Below, piece by piece: positions 1 to 10,615 of a stretch of 64,000 bases of DNA. Source of the DNA: Candidatus Neptunichlamydia sp. (GTDB taxonomy: Bacteria > Chlamydiota > Chlamydiia > Chlamydiales > Simkaniaceae); contig OZ247587.1 in the NCBI GenBank assembly GCA_965233865.1, positions 576,001 to 640,000 on the forward strand, read 5' to 3'. Within the stretch, counting starts at the first letter, position 1. Each line of letters starts with the position of its first letter. Position numbers and translations under genes: made by a program. The notes under the pieces are model-generated. The model saw nothing but the letters and a program-made list of their open reading frames with translations, was not told where the DNA came from and made no database searches.

Positions 1-94
1 ACACTACCTTCGCATAAAGAAGAACTTTGATCACAATCAAAGAATTACCCATTTTGTCACGTTCCCCAAAACGCTTAATACAGGAAAAGAATGA
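1..94 (+). CDS. 3' end of an upstream gene (partial), possibly the TpsA passenger
   Basis: Frame 2 is open from base 2 (HYLRIKKNFD...GKE) to TGA 92-94, which overlaps the next ATG (ATGA coupling). Identity is inferred only from the adjacent TpsB. Confidence 0.45.
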   Translation, partial: HYLRIKKNFDHNQRITHFVTFPKTLNTGKE

Positions 95-1812
95 ACTCCC
101 GTTTTTTGATTAGTGCCGCACTCTTATCTATTTCTCTATTTGGAGTTGACTTTGACCGCGTTAAACCCCAGGAGCTGACCCAGTTTAAAGGTGAGCGGGT
201 CGCGACATATACTCTTGAAGGAATGAGTCCTCAAGTCTCAAATGGAGACCAGGTCGTTATTCCCAAGTTAAAGGGGATCATCGTAACCGACACCCACGAC
301 CAAGCCTCTGATGAAGAAATCATGAGAGCTGTTGGTGGAGCTGAAACAATTAACATTCAAGTCCCAGGAACAATCAAAAGCTTCAATTCTATGCTAAAAA
401 AGGAGTTCCTGGACAGCCCCTTAACAAAGCAAGGAATGTTGGATCTTAAGCGAGAAGTTCTTCTCTATTACCGTCGATGGAGACGCCCCGTTGTAACTAT
501 TGAGATTCCTGAACAAAAAGTTACTGCTGGCGTTTTGCAATTAGTGATCATCGAAGGAAAACTTGGAAAAGTCGCCACAGAAGAGAATAAGTACTTTAAG
601 AGTAGTACTCTTGAAGGTTATATTCGCTTGGAAGAAGGTCAGGCTATTGACTCTAATACATTGATTACTGATCTTGACTGGATCAATCGCAATCCCTTTC
701 GTCAAGTTGATGTGATTTATGCTCCTGGAGAAATTGCTGGAACGACTGATATCCGCCTTTTGACATTGGATCATCGTCCATGGCGGTCCTATGCAGGTGT
801 TGACAACACAGGATTTGATGAAACCGAAAATACACGTCTATTTACGGGCGCAAATTGGGGAAATGTTTTTGGAACCGATCAAATTCTTTCCCTTCAGTTT
901 ACTTGTGCCCCTAATGTTGATCGCTACTGGGCGATTACAGGACACTACACAATCCCCCTCCCTTGGAGAGATATCTGGGTCTTTTATGGAGGATACTCTC
1001 ATGTTCATGCCAATATGGATACTCCAAAATTTGATAACTCAGGCTATGCCGCTCAGGCAAGTACGCGATACAACTTTATTCTCCCTAATGCTCCAGGATT
1101 TCTGCAAGACCTTACCCTTGGATTTGACTACAAGCGAACCGACAACAACTTAGAATTTGGTGGCGAGCATATCTTTAAACACAGCGTGAATCTCACGCAA
1201 CTTGTTTTTGGTTATAATACAGCTTTTGATAGTGACTACTTCAAAACATCCATGACTCTAGAAGTTTTTTATTCTCCAGGTGACTGGATTCCTGAGCAAA
1301 GCAACTCTGATTACAGACGGGTCCGATACAAAGCCAAAAGTCATTACATCTACTACCGTCTTGCCTTTGCTCCTATTATTCGTCTGCCTAAGGATTTTTC
1401 TTTTGCCCTAACAATTCGCGGTCAAGGAACCAATCAGAATCTTCTTGCTAGCGAGCAGTATGGCCTAGGTGGGTACAATACAGTGCGAGGATATAAAGAA
1501 CACGCTGTGAACGTCGATAATGCCTTTCTTTCCTCAATAGAGCTCCGCTCCCCTTCTATAAACTTGATTGGAAGACGCCACTTTAAGGATATGGTTCAGT
1601 TTTTAATCTTTTTAGACTATGCAATTGGGCATAACGTCCATACTTTTCCTGAAGATCCCAATCCAGAATATCTATTAGGATTTGGCCCTGGTGTCCGCTA
1701 TGAGGTTACCCCCTATTTGAACTTCCGCGGCGATCTCGGTTTTCAACTAAAAAGCGTTGATAAAGATGGTTCTGGATTCCGCTTCCACTTTGCCCTAGTT
1801 GGTAGTTTCTAG
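91..1812 (+). CDS. ShlB/FhaC/HecB-family two-partner secretion outer-membrane transporter (TpsB)
   Basis: Signal peptide, POTRA-like segment (IPEQKVTAGVLQLVIIEG), GVDNTG, LLASEQYGLGGYNTVRGY (L6 VRGY motif), C-terminal Phe beta-signal. Confidence 0.9.
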   Translation: MNSRFLISAALLSISLFGVDFDRVKPQELTQFKGERVATYTLEGMSPQVSNGDQVVIPKLKGIIVTDTHDQASDEEIMRAVGGAETINIQVPGTIKSFNSMLKKEFLDSPLTKQGMLDLKREVLLYYRRWRRPVVTIEIPEQKVTAGVLQLVIIEGKLGKVATEENKYFKSSTLEGYIRLEEGQAIDSNTLITDLDWINRNPFRQVDVIYAPGEIAGTTDIRLLTLDHRPWRSYAGVDNTGFDETENTRLFTGANWGNVFGTDQILSLQFTCAPNVDRYWAITGHYTIPLPWRDIWVFYGGYSHVHANMDTPKFDNSGYAAQASTRYNFILPNAPGFLQDLTLGFDYKRTDNNLEFGGEHIFKHSVNLTQLVFGYNTAFDSDYFKTSMTLEVFYSPGDWIPEQSNSDYRRVRYKAKSHYIYYRLAFAPIIRLPKDFSFALTIRGQGTNQNLLASEQYGLGGYNTVRGYKEHAVNVDNAFLSSIELRSPSINLIGRRHFKDMVQFLIFLDYAIGHNVHTFPEDPNPEYLLGFGPGVRYEVTPYLNFRGDLGFQLKSVDKDGSGFRFHFALVGSF

Positions 1813-1829
1813 AGTACTAAGCAGAGTAT

Positions 1830-2174
1830 CTAACCTTCGTGAGAAATGAATTCGGTTTCAATTTTGGCAGCAAGAATAAAGTCGCTTTCGCTTAGACCAT
1901 CAATTTTATGGGTCCAGATTTGAAGAGTCACCTCCGCCCATGAAAGAAAGATATTGGGATGATGCCCCTCTTCCTCAGCAAGAATCCCAATAATATTCGT
2001 AAAAGCAAGAGCCTCTTTGAAATTTTTGAAAGTATAGGTCTTTTCAAGCTGATGCTCACCAACGATTGACCATCCTTCAAAAAGTTGTTCAGCAAAAGGT
2101 TTGAGTAGGCCTCCTTTAAGCGGTACCGCGCCAACAACGCAAGGTGTACATTTTCTGAGCGCAAGATCTTTCAT
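1830..2174 (-). CDS. phhB: Pterin-4-alpha-carbinolamine dehydratase
   Basis: CTPC N-terminus, FKNFKEALAF, EEEGHHP, WTHKIDGLSESDFILAAKI. Confidence 0.9.
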   Translation of the reverse strand: MKDLALRKCTPCVVGAVPLKGGLLKPFAEQLFEGWSIVGEHQLEKTYTFKNFKEALAFTNIIGILAEEEGHHPNIFLSWAEVTLQIWTHKIDGLSESDFILAAKIETEFISHEG

Positions 2175-2848
2175 AAGTCTCCCTTAATGGTTTGAAGGTA
2201 AGCCTCCGTTTCTCCCCACGGAAATGAGACAGGGAAGGATTTTCCAATACGAAAAGCATTTTCGTCGTAGTCTGTGAGAGGATAGCTAATGCTAATAATT
2301 TTTGTCCCTTTTGGGAAGGCCTTTAAACGATCGACAAGAGATGTGATTTCTTGGTCTTTTAGGCATGTTCCGTAAAGGTAAATGATGGAAGCTTCTGGTA
2401 TGTTTGCTTGAAGCATATCGGCGCAGATAAAAGAGACTTTTTCAAGTTGGTGCTTTTGTGCTATGTACTTCGAAAGTTTTACAAACTGAGGGATCCGTTC
2501 AATTCCAATCACTGCGCAGTGGAAAAAATGATAGAGAAATAGGGCTCCTCTCCCTCGTCCAGACCCTAGCTCAAGAAAGGTGTCTGTTTCTTTTAACTCA
2601 CACTCTTTCACGATTTTTTCATATGTTTTAAGAGGGGTTTCTCCATAGGTATGAATTTCCCTATCATGATGCTTCCTGAGATAATTCTTGCTGATTGTAT
2701 AGGGATTCTTGAAAATATAAGCAGTGAGAAGCGCTTTATCAATTTTAGCAAATTCTGAATCGAGGTAATACTCCTCCTTCACCCCTTTCTGAAGCTTCCG
2801 ATCTATCCAGGCATATTTGATTGCGTCAAGTAGTCGTCTCATCCCCAC
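2171..2848 (-). CDS. Class I SAM-dependent methyltransferase (DOT1-like)
   Basis: YGET followed by FLELGSGRG (motif I), GIERI, CADM; 4-bp overlap with the downstream gene. Confidence 0.8.
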   Translation of the reverse strand: MGMRRLLDAIKYAWIDRKLQKGVKEEYYLDSEFAKIDKALLTAYIFKNPYTISKNYLRKHHDREIHTYGETPLKTYEKIVKECELKETDTFLELGSGRGRGALFLYHFFHCAVIGIERIPQFVKLSKYIAQKHQLEKVSFICADMLQANIPEASIIYLYGTCLKDQEITSLVDRLKAFPKGTKIISISYPLTDYDENAFRIGKSFPVSFPWGETEAYLQTIKGDL

Positions 2849-2867
2849 ACATTAACACCATTTTGAT

Positions 2868-2900
2868 ATATGAACCTATCCCTATAATGAATTTTTGGTG
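2868..2900 (+). repeat. Dispersed intergenic repeat (other copies at 13030, 24599 and about 26193)
   Basis: ATATGAACCTATCCCTATAA is identical at 2868 and 24599; AACCTATCCCTATAAT at 13030; degenerate at 26193. Confidence 0.7.
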
Positions 2901-3220
2901 TTTTTTCTCTTTTCAGCTGATTTTTCCTCTTAATTTATCGACCTTGTCTATTGACAATTCCTTCAAATAAAAAGAAAAAATCTGTAAGAAGATCCATAAA
3001 AATTCCAATAAATTGACTCTTAGTATAAGACATTTTTTAACAGGTCTCAAATTTTCCATTAATAATATGTCCTCTAGGGCGCAAGAACCAACACCTAGTC
3101 GAATAGGTTTTCCTTTTATGAAATGAAGTATTATCTAGGATACTCAGTACAGGACAAAAAAATCAAGGTAAAGTAACCCGTTGATATGCAACACTTCCAT
3201 TGAAAAAATGAGGTTGTAAT

Positions 3221-5009
3221 ATGCATATCAATTAGCTGTTCAAGACCTTAAATCAGTACTGCAATTTTCACAAGTCCCGATCGGACTGTTTTGCTCAGCT
3301 TGTAATAGTGATGATTACCGTTAAAACTGTCAATGTCACACACCTTGCAGCAGCATTTATGACAGAGTCTTTTCCTGAGTCATGCTACAAGCGCATCCAG
3401 AGGTTCTTTCGATTTCTTAAATTTGATCTTTTTACTGTAGCCTCTATGGTGATCACGCTTTTTGGTTTGAAAAACAAAAAGCTGAGTTTAGCCCTAGATA
3501 GTGTAGTCACGAGATTTCTACCCATAAAGCCAAACATCTGATCTGAACCGCAGCCAAGAAAGAGGATGTGTGCTTAGCATAGCGTGTAGCAATTCCTCTC
3601 CATCGCTTCAAATGCAAAAAAGCATTTTCTACAAGATGTCTCAATTTATAGAGATGCTTATCATAAGTTCTCTTGCTTTTCTTATTTTTTCTGGGAGGGA
3701 TAACCGCCTTTATTCTTTGAGAGATCGCTTGAGTTACGATTGCATCGCTGTCATAACCCCGATCTGCTAGTAGGTAATCGGCGTTAATTCCCTCTATTTA
3801 AGTGTTTGGCCTGAAGGTAGTCTGATTGAGTACCTGACGTAATAATCGCTCTGACCGGCATACCATGCGAATCCACGGCCAAACGTAATTTCGTGTTGAA
3901 CCCCCTTTTGTTCGAGCCATATCTTGATTACTAACTTGTGCACCTGCTGCGTGAGGGTGAACTTTGATATGGGTTGCATCGATCATTAACCACTCGTAAT
4001 CAGGATCGTCCACTACTTTTTCCAGAAGAAGTTCCCATAGTCTGGAGGTAAGTCACTCCATGGAGCTCCGGTACGAATAATCCAAAAAACCGCGTTGATA
4101 AATCGCCGATTATCTTGTGCTACCCCTCCCCACACCCCTCTTCTTCCTAGAAGATAAGGCTCAAGTTTTTTCCAAATTCGATCTGAAATATCGTGACGTC
4201 TGTGCGCTGGTACGATCATCTCTAAACCTCTCCTTGAAAGTTTAAGAAACCAGCTTATCGCAAATTTAAACTTGTGTCTACACTATATAGATCGTACAAA
4301 TTGGAAATTTGGAAAATTAGACATCAATATTCTCATGCTAACGGTAGCCTATAAAGGGATTGCTCTGCTGTTGATGTGGAGTTGCTTCAAAAAAAGAGGC
4401 AACTCCAATACCTTGGAGCGGGTCGGTTTGATCAAACAGATTCTTCTCCTTATTGGTTCTGAGAATGTTGCCAACCTGCTTGGAGATCGAGAGTTTATTG
4501 GCATGGAGTGCATCAAGTAGTTGGGTGAGCAGAATATCCCCTTTCTTTTCCGTATTCGCAACAATAGTTTGCTTGAAGGGGTTTTGCCAGTAAGCGAATT
4601 TTTTAAGAGGCTGCCACCTCATAAAAAAGTCAAAAATGGAAAAACTACTCTATGGGGAAGACCTGTTTATCTGAGCGTAAGATGGTCGTATAAAAAAAAT
4701 GAACTTGTCACGATTATCTCCAGTCGAAAGTTTCAAAGTCCCTTCAAACTCTATAGAAAAAGGTGGGAAATAGAAACACTTTTCGGGTGCTTAAAAAAAA
4801 GAGGATTCTGCTTCGAAGATACGCACCTTATACATATCGCTCGGATAGAGACGCTGATTTGTGTTTTGACAATAGCTTTTTGCTGGAGTCACTTTGTGGG
4901 CGAAGCAAAAGAAGAGAAAGCCCCGATCGAAATAAAATCTCATGGAAGAAAGGCAAAAAGCATTTTTAGATATGGGTTTGATGAGCTTCGAAGGGTGTTT
5001 TTGAACTGA
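3221..5009 (+). pseudogene. IS4-family transposase pseudogene
   Basis: ATG at 3221 followed by an early TAG; split by the IS5 insertion; another in-frame TAG at 4518-4520. Confidence 0.85.
3498..4286 (-). mobile_element. IS5-family (two-ORF type) element, degenerate copy 1
   Basis: IRs ATAGTGTAGTCAC / GTGTCTACACTAT flanked by CTAG and ATAG. Motifs: RRFINAVFWIIRTGAPW.DLPPDYG, MIDATHIKVH, TKGG. Near-identical to the copy at 56350-57179. Confidence 0.9.
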
Positions 5010-5310
5010 AGGGGGAAATTCGGACTATTCTTAAAATGGCTTAAGCTACTGGTTATTAATGATAAATTTGAGGTCTCTTAAAAAATGCCCTGTACTCAGA
5101 TCTAGGATAAGGATCTTCTTAGATGGGAGTTTTGGCAATAAGTTTTCCTAAATCCAACATGACTACCAAAGCAACGCTGTCCTGTTGCCGCTCTCATCAA
5201 TATAGATAATGCGCCTTCCTAAAGATTCATATCTTACTATCTTTTCTCAGAAGAGTTACCTTTTTTCGCAGGCCTTAGGATGATTGAATGTTTTTTATAG
5301 ATGGTTCATC

Positions 5311-6300
5311 TTACCAGTTGATGGTTTGCCCAGGCTCAAGTACCCGAAAACTTTTTGGATCAACCCCTTCCTTTTTTAAAGCACAAAAAAGATCATAGGG
5401 GGGTTGTTCAAGTCCCTCACTAGAAAGGCGGAAGGTTTTCCAGTGCATTCCCACACTAAGCAAGGACCCCACTTCATCATGAATCTTAACGGCTTTCTTC
5501 GGACAAATATGGACTGGTCCCATAAATTCCCCAGGATCATAGGTTCCTATAGGAATTAGACTGAGATCCATTTCTCTAAATTCCTTTCCAATATTCTTAA
5601 AATCTTTTCGGTTATACCCCGTATCCCCGACGAAATATAGCCGCTTTTCTTGGTTTTTTTTCTGCAGAAAATCAACGACATATCCCGCCCAAAGAGTTTT
5701 ATTTTTATCAAAGAGCCCCCTTCCTGAATAGTGTTGCGAGGGCACTGAGGTGATGATGATCTCCTGTCCTTTGATCCCAATATGAGTTTCCTCCCACCAT
5801 TGCATTTCAACGATGTGTTGCATTCCAAGTTTCTGAAGTCTCTTCTTCACTCCAAGAGGAACAATCCATGTAATTCCAGGGCTTTTTTTTTGAAGTTTTA
5901 GAACCGTTTCACGGCATAGATGGTCATAGTGATCATGACTAATCAAAACAATATCAATTTCCGGTAGGTTTTCCAGGGCCAATGGAGCTATGTGCCTGCG
6001 TTTTGGCCCCAGAAATGATAATGGCGAACACCGATCCTCCCAAATGGGATCGGTTAAAAGATGTAACCTTCCAACATTCACGAGGAATGTACAATGGTTG
6101 ATCCAAGTAACTTTAGGAGCATTTTCTTTGAGTTTTTGTTTAGAATTTGGATATTTAAAATTGTTAGGCCGCGGCTTTCGTTCTTTTTTTTCGTTGTAAA
6201 AGCCCAGCTGCCACAAAGCTATATCTATAAGTGACCGTTTTGTTGAATCAATGTGAGGGTTGACAAAGCGTCGCCCCTTCTTATGATATCCCTTCTTCAT
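5311..6300 (-). CDS. MBL-fold metallo-hydrolase (NAPE-PLD/RomA-like)
   Basis: TWINHCT, LTDPIW, ISHDHYDHL, QHYSGRG, YFVGDTGY, IPIGTY, GMHWKTF. Confidence 0.9.
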   Translation of the reverse strand: MKKGYHKKGRRFVNPHIDSTKRSLIDIALWQLGFYNEKKERKPRPNNFKYPNSKQKLKENAPKVTWINHCTFLVNVGRLHLLTDPIWEDRCSPLSFLGPKRRHIAPLALENLPEIDIVLISHDHYDHLCRETVLKLQKKSPGITWIVPLGVKKRLQKLGMQHIVEMQWWEETHIGIKGQEIIITSVPSQHYSGRGLFDKNKTLWAGYVVDFLQKKNQEKRLYFVGDTGYNRKDFKNIGKEFREMDLSLIPIGTYDPGEFMGPVHICPKKAVKIHDEVGSLLSVGMHWKTFRLSSEGLEQPPYDLFCALKKEGVDPKSFRVLEPGQTINW

Positions 6301-6385
6301 ATTAACTCCCCCCGAGACTTTCTTTTAACCGAAGGTAGAAATATTCAGAAAGGGTTTTCGGAAAAAAAATTTAAGAAATTTAATA

Positions 6386-7966
6386 TCAGGTGAGTAAAGA
6401 TTTAGGAATTTGATCTGTAATTACAGAATCCCCATCAAACTGAATGGGACCGGGATACGCATAATGATCTTCAACCATCCACTTGATCCGATTTCTGCTA
6501 AAGGTTTTAAAAGCAGAGCCTGAAAGATCAAGCAGAGCTTTACGAATCACAGGTTTATCTTGCCCCTTCCTCTTCTCTAGATTCATGAGCGCTGTAATCG
6601 GGATTCCACAGATATCCCACTCGGCAGCAGGTTTGGTAAGATGCCTAACGCAGCTCATATAGCCGGTATGGCCATCCCTTATGAGCAGTGCTGCGATATG
6701 CCCAAGAGAATAACAATAGGTAGCATCAAAGTTTGTTGGAAGCCCTGAGCGCCCCTCATATCCAAAGAAATGGTGAATCGGGCTGAATTTACCTTTATAA
6801 GAAGGTCGATTCTTTAGCTCTTCTTTAACCGCTCGGCTAAAGAGAAGATCGGTTTGAATGTGAGAGACTTGAACATTCCCATGAGGGTCGCGGTCTAGAA
6901 GTAGCTGCTGCGCAATCTCTTTCGGTAAAAATTCAAAAGTCGCTTTAGCCTTAGCGCTTAGAGCACCCTCATCTTTTCCTTCTGCTAGAAGGGTATTGAG
7001 CTCACTAATTAAGGTCTTCATTTCCGGGATGAATTCAATAAGTCCTTCAGGAATAAGGATCAATCCGTAGTTCTTTCCACTGTTTCCCCTCTTTTGAATC
7101 ACATCAGCGATCTCTGATGTTACAGCCTTTAGGGTCATTTTCTTTTCTGCTATTTCTTCTCCTATCAGACAAATATTGGGATGAGTATTCAGCGCACATT
7201 CCAAAGCAATATGTGAAGCAGAACGGCCCATCAACTTAATAAAATGGGTATACTTTTTTGCAGATAGCACATCGCGTGCAATGTTGCCTACCATCTCAGA
7301 GTAAATCGCCGTTGCCGTATGAAATCCAAAAGAAATATCAACAAGGTCATTCTTCAAATCTCCATCAATCGTCTTGGGAACACCTATCACCTTGGTTCTG
7401 CACCCTTTGGCCAGACAGGTCTCAGCGAGTACTGCTACATTGGTATTGGAATCATCCCCTCCAATAACGACCAATCCATCGAGTTGAAGTTTATTGAGTA
7501 CCACAAGTGATTTCTCGAGTTGCTCCTCAGTTTCAATTTTGGTTCGGCCTGATCCAATAAGATCAAAACCTCCTTGATTTCGATACTGCCCCAATAGGTC
7601 TTCAGAAAGCTCGCGAATTTTGCCTTCAATTATCCCAGAAGGACCATTTAGAAAACCCACTAAATGAGACTCAGGGTGAAATGTTTTGAGAGCATCAAAG
7701 AGACCCGTAATCACATTATGCCCTCCAGCAGCCTGACCTCCAGAAAAAACAACTCCAACTTTAAGCGGTTTTCCAAGAAGAGCCTCTCCCTTTATAGGGG
7801 TCAATAATGGGCGTCCGTAACTTTTTGGGAAAAGGACTTCGATCTCCTTCTCATTCGCAATACAAGTTGTTTCCCCTTGTCCTTTGAAGGTAACAACGCA
7901 CAGGTCTTTCAATATCTTTGGAAGGGTAGGTTGGTAGAAGAGTCGATGTTTTTGTAATGGCGTCAT
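6386..7966 (-). CDS. pfp: Pyrophosphate-dependent phosphofructokinase
   Basis: SGGQAAGGHNV, GSGRTKIET, GGDDSNTN (PPi-type GGDD), PKTIDGDL, LMGRSASH; start placed at the ATG of MTPLQ. Confidence 0.93.
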   Translation of the reverse strand: MTPLQKHRLFYQPTLPKILKDLCVVTFKGQGETTCIANEKEIEVLFPKSYGRPLLTPIKGEALLGKPLKVGVVFSGGQAAGGHNVITGLFDALKTFHPESHLVGFLNGPSGIIEGKIRELSEDLLGQYRNQGGFDLIGSGRTKIETEEQLEKSLVVLNKLQLDGLVVIGGDDSNTNVAVLAETCLAKGCRTKVIGVPKTIDGDLKNDLVDISFGFHTATAIYSEMVGNIARDVLSAKKYTHFIKLMGRSASHIALECALNTHPNICLIGEEIAEKKMTLKAVTSEIADVIQKRGNSGKNYGLILIPEGLIEFIPEMKTLISELNTLLAEGKDEGALSAKAKATFEFLPKEIAQQLLLDRDPHGNVQVSHIQTDLLFSRAVKEELKNRPSYKGKFSPIHHFFGYEGRSGLPTNFDATYCYSLGHIAALLIRDGHTGYMSCVRHLTKPAAEWDICGIPITALMNLEKRKGQDKPVIRKALLDLSGSAFKTFSRNRIKWMVEDHYAYPGPIQFDGDSVITDQIPKSLLT

Positions 7967-8055
7967 ACACAAAAGATTAGTGAATTCAATAAATGGTTGC
8001 AAGGATTGATTTGGCTTTAAACTAACCAAAAACCTTAGTAACCTGAGTTTTGAGT

Positions 8056-8982
8056 TTATTTTTGCTTCTTTGAGTGAAATTGAAGATCATTTTTTGGATA
8101 GAGAAAAACAAGAAGAGCCGTTCCTATCACAATCAAACAAAAGCCTAGGATTACCCCTGGAGCAACCCCTTCTCCCCAAATAAAATATTGGATGATCGCA
8201 CCAAATATAAAACTGAGATAAATAAAGGGGCTCACAAGGCGCATGGGCGCAAATTTTGCAGACAGAGTGAGAAGTGCTTGAAAGATCGCAGCAAAAAATC
8301 CCGCCAGCAATGCATAACCTAAACTTTTATCCGTAAAAACTATGTCAGGATCAGGAAAAAGGAATAGAACTAATGCCGTTACAATAACGCTCAGCACAAA
8401 ATAGTAGGCTGTTATCCGTTCCCAAGGCTCCGTGTAGCTCAGTGTACGAACCGCTACGACAGCAGTCCCTGCAAACATCGCACCAACAAGCGGAATAATA
8501 ACTAAGGGATCAAACATGTTTTCACCAGGACGAAGAGCAAAAAGAAGACCCAGAAATGCTATCCCAAGCCCCCACCAAAGACGCTGAATGAGTTTGACAC
8601 GAAGCCAAAGCCTTGAAGCAATTGGAACAAAAAGAGGGAAGGAGTAAAAAATAAGAGTTCCTGTAGCTAGAGAGAGCTTTGTGATACTGTAATAGAAGCA
8701 AAAAAGAGCAGACACTCCACATATTGAGCGAACAGCGTGCTGAGTGTAATTTTTGGTTTTAAAAAGCTGGTTGATTTTAGGTGCAGTTGGAGAAATAAAG
8801 ACCCAAAGAACAAGCATGAAAAGATTGACAAATGACCTTGCAAAACACAGGAAATTCGTACTTAGGTATGGAGATGCAAGCTTCACAAACATTGCCTGAA
8901 TGGCAAGCATCACCGTTGCAACCACAATAATCAGGATTCCGAGTCCCAGTCTCTTTTTCGGTCTTTCTAAATGTTGAATCAT
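8056..8982 (-). CDS. DMT/EamA-family transporter
   Basis: About 10 hydrophobic segments in two repeats; RS motifs; SPFIY. Confidence 0.85.
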   Translation of the reverse strand: MIQHLERPKKRLGLGILIIVVATVMLAIQAMFVKLASPYLSTNFLCFARSFVNLFMLVLWVFISPTAPKINQLFKTKNYTQHAVRSICGVSALFCFYYSITKLSLATGTLIFYSFPLFVPIASRLWLRVKLIQRLWWGLGIAFLGLLFALRPGENMFDPLVIIPLVGAMFAGTAVVAVRTLSYTEPWERITAYYFVLSVIVTALVLFLFPDPDIVFTDKSLGYALLAGFFAAIFQALLTLSAKFAPMRLVSPFIYLSFIFGAIIQYFIWGEGVAPGVILGFCLIVIGTALLVFLYPKNDLQFHSKKQK

Positions 8983-9009
8983 TGCCTTTTTTCTCTATTT
9001 GGTTATACT
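8982..9009 (+). promoter_or_regulatory. Putative sigma66/70 promoter of the pyrG operon
   Basis: TTGCCT-N16-TATACT with TG before the -10 box; GGAG RBS before ATG 9038. Confidence 0.4.
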
Positions 9010-9037
9010 GTTTACCTCATAGCGGAAAAGGAGACAA

Positions 9038-10615
9038 ATGGCAAAAAAATATATTTTTATGACGGGAGGAGTTGTTTCTTCCCTAGGTAAAGGGCTCGCG
9101 TCAGCATCGATTGGAATGCTTCTCGAAGCCCAAAACCTCAAAATTGCCATGCTAAAACTCGATCCTTATCTGAATGTCGACCCAGGAACAATGAATCCTT
9201 TTCAACATGGGGAGGTCTATGTTACCGACGATGGCGCTGAAACAGACCTAGATCTTGGCCATTATTACCGCTTCACCAATTCCCCTCTCTCCAAATCAAG
9301 TAACGCGACCTCAGGGCAGGTTTATGATACTGTGATCAAGCAGGAGCGACATGGAGATTACCTCGGGAATACCGTTCAGGTAATCCCCCATGTCACTAAC
9401 GAAATTAAGAAACGCATTCACAGGTGTGCTGATCAAGAAAAAGAGATTGATATCATTTTAGTTGAAGTTGGAGGAACTGTAGGAGATATCGAATCCCTAC
9501 CTTTTCTGGAGGCAATTCGTCAATTTCGCTTAGATCATCCGAGCGATTGTATTAATATTCATATGACCTATGTTCCCTATTTGAAAGCCGCAGGCGAGGT
9601 AAAAACAAAACCTTCGCAGCACTCAGTTCGTGAACTTCAAAGCTTAGGAATTTCCCCAGATCTTATTTTATGTCGCTCTGAAAACCCTCTTGGTAAAGAA
9701 GTTAAGGATAAAATCGCCCTCTTCTGTAACGTCGCAAAAGAAGCTGTTGTTGAACAAGTTGATGTCTCTGAAACAGTGTATAAACTCCCCCTTACCATGG
9801 TAGATCAAAAACTTGATAAGCAACTCTGCTCTCTTCTTAATCTTAAATGTAAGAAGACATATATCTCTCCTTGGGAAAAAATGGTTAACATTCTTTCAAA
9901 TTCCAAGAAAACGGTTAAGGTCGGGCTGGTTGGAAAATACATTCACCATCAAGATGCTTATAAATCGGTGGTAGAGGCTCTTTGCCATGGAGGCACTTCC
10001 CACGAAGTCAAGGTTGAAATCCAAGGCTTTGACTCTGAAAGTGACTCAAAGGTGGATGGGTGTGATGGCTACCTTGTCCCTGGGGGGTTCGGGGAACGAG
10101 GTTTCGAAGGAAAGATCAAAATTGCAAAGTATTGCCGGGAAAATAAGATCCCTTATTTTGGGATTTGCCTAGGAATGCAAGTCCTAGTTGTTGAGTTTGC
10201 CCGCTCAGTCCTTGGACTTGAAAATGCTAACTCAACGGAAATGAATGCTGACACCTCTGATCCAATTATTTCTTTGTTGACAGAACAAGAAGATGTCTAC
10301 AACCTCGGAGGCACGATGCGATTAGGGAGTTATCCCTGCTCTCTTTTGCCAAAAAGCAAGGCTTTTGCAGCTTATAAAGAGAAGGAAATTGAGGAGCGCC
10401 ACCGGCATCGCTATGAATTTAACAACTCTTACAAAGATAAATGCGAGGAAAAAGGGCTTGTTATTTCGGGAACTAATGACTTCCTTTGCGAAATTGCTGA
10501 AATCCAGAACCATCCTTGGATGGTGGGCGTTCAGTTCCACCCCGAATTTAAATCAAAGCCAATAAAGCCTCACCCCCTATTTGCTGCTTTTATAGGAGCT
10601 ATGCTCCATGGGTAG
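9038..10615 (+). CDS. pyrG: CTP synthase
   Basis: TGGVVSSLGKG, DPYLNVDPGTM, GICLGMQ, ERHRHRYE, QFHPEF. Confidence 0.98.
   Translation: MAKKYIFMTGGVVSSLGKGLASASIGMLLEAQNLKIAMLKLDPYLNVDPGTMNPFQHGEVYVTDDGAETDLDLGHYYRFTNSPLSKSSNATSGQVYDTVIKQERHGDYLGNTVQVIPHVTNEIKKRIHRCADQEKEIDIILVEVGGTVGDIESLPFLEAIRQFRLDHPSDCINIHMTYVPYLKAAGEVKTKPSQHSVRELQSLGISPDLILCRSENPLGKEVKDKIALFCNVAKEAVVEQVDVSETVYKLPLTMVDQKLDKQLCSLLNLKCKKTYISPWEKMVNILSNSKKTVKVGLVGKYIHHQDAYKSVVEALCHGGTSHEVKVEIQGFDSESDSKVDGCDGYLVPGGFGERGFEGKIKIAKYCRENKIPYFGICLGMQVLVVEFARSVLGLENANSTEMNADTSDPIISLLTEQEDVYNLGGTMRLGSYPCSLLPKSKAFAAYKEKEIEERHRHRYEFNNSYKDKCEEKGLVISGTNDFLCEIAEIQNHPWMVGVQFHPEFKSKPIKPHPLFAAFIGAMLHG

Larger units (their letters stand above)
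3143..5099 (+). mobile_element. IS4-family element, inactivated, carrying a nested IS5
   Basis: Imperfect terminal IRs CTCAGTACAGGACA / TGCCCTGTACTCAG and a 10-bp direct repeat ATCTAGGATA at 3133-3142 and 5100-5109. Transposase fragments include LALD|RTNWKFG, LLGDREF and YRKRWEIETLFGCLKKRGF (YREK-type). Confidence 0.9.
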
